Assembly: GCF_001194135.2 (NCBI RefSeq)
Contig: NC_069000.1
Span: forward strand, 10,661,641-10,725,640
DNA length: 64,000 nt
DNA from: Octopus bimaculoides
Taxonomy: Eukaryota
Direction of reading: 5' to 3'
This document shows positions 61,906-64,000 of the stretch, piece after piece. Position numbers and translations under genes: made by a program. Every line of letters starts with the position of its first letter. Positions within the stretch are counted from its first letter, which is position 1. Below the pieces are notes generated by a model. It did not search any database. It was not told where the DNA came from and saw only the letters and a list, made by a program, of their open reading frames with translations.

Positions 61906-63235
61906 CTTAATACAAATAACAACAAACGCTGTTATTCACTTTAACTCATTCATAACAGGATTAACAGTTGGAATAGTTCTATATGGCACAGTTATAGATG
62001 CTTCTAGCTACCATAAACATGAAAGGGTTACCTCATTAACAAGATTTAGAGATGAATTAATTATATGCTGTATCTATTGTAAGTGCTGCCAATGTTTGTG
62101 TACATTAGTTCTTCCCAGAATGCACTGCAGCAAAATGCAATTTACATCTTATATATTCATGTAGCTTTTATTCTAGACAAGAAAGTCTTAGCTGTTTCCT
62201 TTCTTCATTGATGATTAATAATCAATAGTGACTGTGAGATAAAAAGTTTGTTTCCCAACTACATGGTCTCAGGTTCAGTCTCACTGCCTGGCACCTTGGG
62301 CAAGAGTGTTTTCTACCACTGCCCGGGGCCCAATGAAAGTGAGAGTCAGTGATGCGAAAGACAGCAGTGATGGTGGTGGAGAGGATGGCTGCAAAGTCAA
62401 AGGTATTAATGGTGGTGGCATCAGAAGTTTGAATGGTGTGTGTATGGCAGTTGTGGTGGCGATAGTGGTGGTACTGGTGATGGTGATGGTTGAAAACAAT
62501 CAACGGAAAGAGAGAGAGAAAGAAAGAAGTTAGACAGAAAAAAAATGGTACTGAGCCCTGAATGGGAAGACATAAAATGTTGTTTATCATGCAGCTTTGC
62601 AATAAGTTCCAAGTCGACAAATTATATCATTGCTTTGAATAAAATTGTTCCATGCTTGAAAAATATTGGTCAAATTTTAAAAAATTTAATATTTACTCAA
62701 TGCATGAAGTGTCATCGTTGGGCCCAAGGCCCAAATGAAGAGCCCTTCATANNNNNNNNNNNNNNNNNNNNNNNNNNNNNNNNNNNNNNNNNNNNNNNNN
62801 NNNNNNNNNNNNNNNNNNNNNNNNNNNNNNNNNNNNNNNNNNNNNNNNNNNNNNNNNNNNNNNNNNNNNNNNNNNNNNNNNNNNNNNNNNNNNNNNNNNN
62901 NNNNNNNNNNNNNNNNNNNNNNNNNNNNNNNNNNNNNNNNNNNNNNNNNNNNNNNNNNNNNNNNNNNNNNNNNNNNNNNNNNNNNNNNNNNNNNNNNNNN
63001 NNNNNNNNNNNNNNNNNNNNNNNNNNNNNNNNNNNNNNNNNNNNNNNNNNNNNNNNNNNNNNNNNNNNNNNNNNNNNNNNNNNNNNNNNNNNNNNNNNNN
63101 NNNNNNNNNNNNNNNNNNNNNNNNNNNNNNNNNNNNNNNNNNNNNNNNNNNNNNNNNNNNNNNNNNNNNNNNNNNNNNNNNNNNNNNNNNNNNNNNNNNN
63201 NNNNNNNNNNNNNNNNNTTATTCTTTTATTCTTTT

Positions 63236-63596
63236 ATTCAAAGCAGTCATTTTAACTGCAGCCATGCTGGAGCACCGCCTTCAGTTGAACAATTCGACTC
63301 CAGGACTTATTCTTTGTAAGCCTAGTACTTATTCTCTCGGTCTCTTTTGCCAAGCCTCTATGATACGGGGACATAAACACACCAACATCAGTTGTCAAGC
63401 GATGGTGGGGGGACAAACACAGACACACACACACACACACACACACAAGATGAAGTTCTTTCAGTTTCTGTCTACCAAATTCACTTACAAGGCTTTGGTC
63501 AGCCCAATGTTATAGTAGAATACACTTGCTGGTATTGAACCCAGAATCTTGTGGTTGAGAAAGGAAGCAAACTTCTTACCATACAGCCACACCTGG
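63236..63596 (-). mobile_element. Composite SINE: tail E, (CA)n, family A head
   Basis: Reverse of the 47969-48340 architecture, here ungapped. Confidence 0.85.
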
Positions 63597-64000
63597 GAAT
63601 AGCAACAATGAAAGGGTGAGATTTAGCAAACAGATAAGTCAATTGATTAGAAAATTTGGAAAACATAAGAGAAGGTTAGGCTGAACAACAAGCATGGAAG
63701 TATTTATTGAATTGAAATGTAGAAGCAATGTTTTGGTCATGAGACAAGGGCTGGAGTTTAGCTGCCAAAACAAGATCAATAGTGTTAGAAACTCACTTTG
63801 AACTTGCTCAGGGAGAAAAAGAATGTCAGCAGGGACACTAACTCAAAATCGGTAAAAGTACTCCACACAAAGGGGAATAAGTGATTTGTACAAATGAAGA
63901 ATATATTCAGAGATTCAGAGGAAAGATAATGACAACTTTGATATACAGAACCAACCTTTAGAGATAGCGGCTGTTTTAGCAATAGATCTAATGTAATCAT

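Overview
This is AT-rich, repeat-dense eukaryotic DNA from a fragmented draft assembly, with 21 N-gaps totalling about 9.5 kb, most of them next to microsatellites. The repeat families point to a coleoid cephalopod, probably Octopus; this is an inference from recognition, not a database result. No intact protein-coding gene, tRNA gene or CRISPR array can be supported, and almost all ORF-track entries come from microsatellites or run through gaps. The window holds several tRNA-derived SINE families whose heads and tails appear interchangeable, and a young (GAT)n-tailed retroposon. It also holds decayed retrotransposon fragments: R4/Dong-like RLE elements sitting in (AAT)n arrays, a HERO-like 3' end and RTE reverse-transcriptase pieces. 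DNA-transposon remnants include an internally deleted piggyBac with an open fused mini-ORF, TTAA and TA MITEs, a DD37D mariner-like transposase fragment and a HINE/DINE-like element. There is also a full-length 5S rRNA pseudogene and several diverged minisatellites. The best leads are a nested near-perfect hairpin at 2860-3053 that loops out a 41-nt AG/GT-bounded exon candidate, the piggyBac mini-ORF, a microhomology-bounded templated insertion inside a SINE, and a local duplication with a near-identical core. A few small AG/GT-bounded open segments suggest the window may be intronic to a large gene, but this is unproven.
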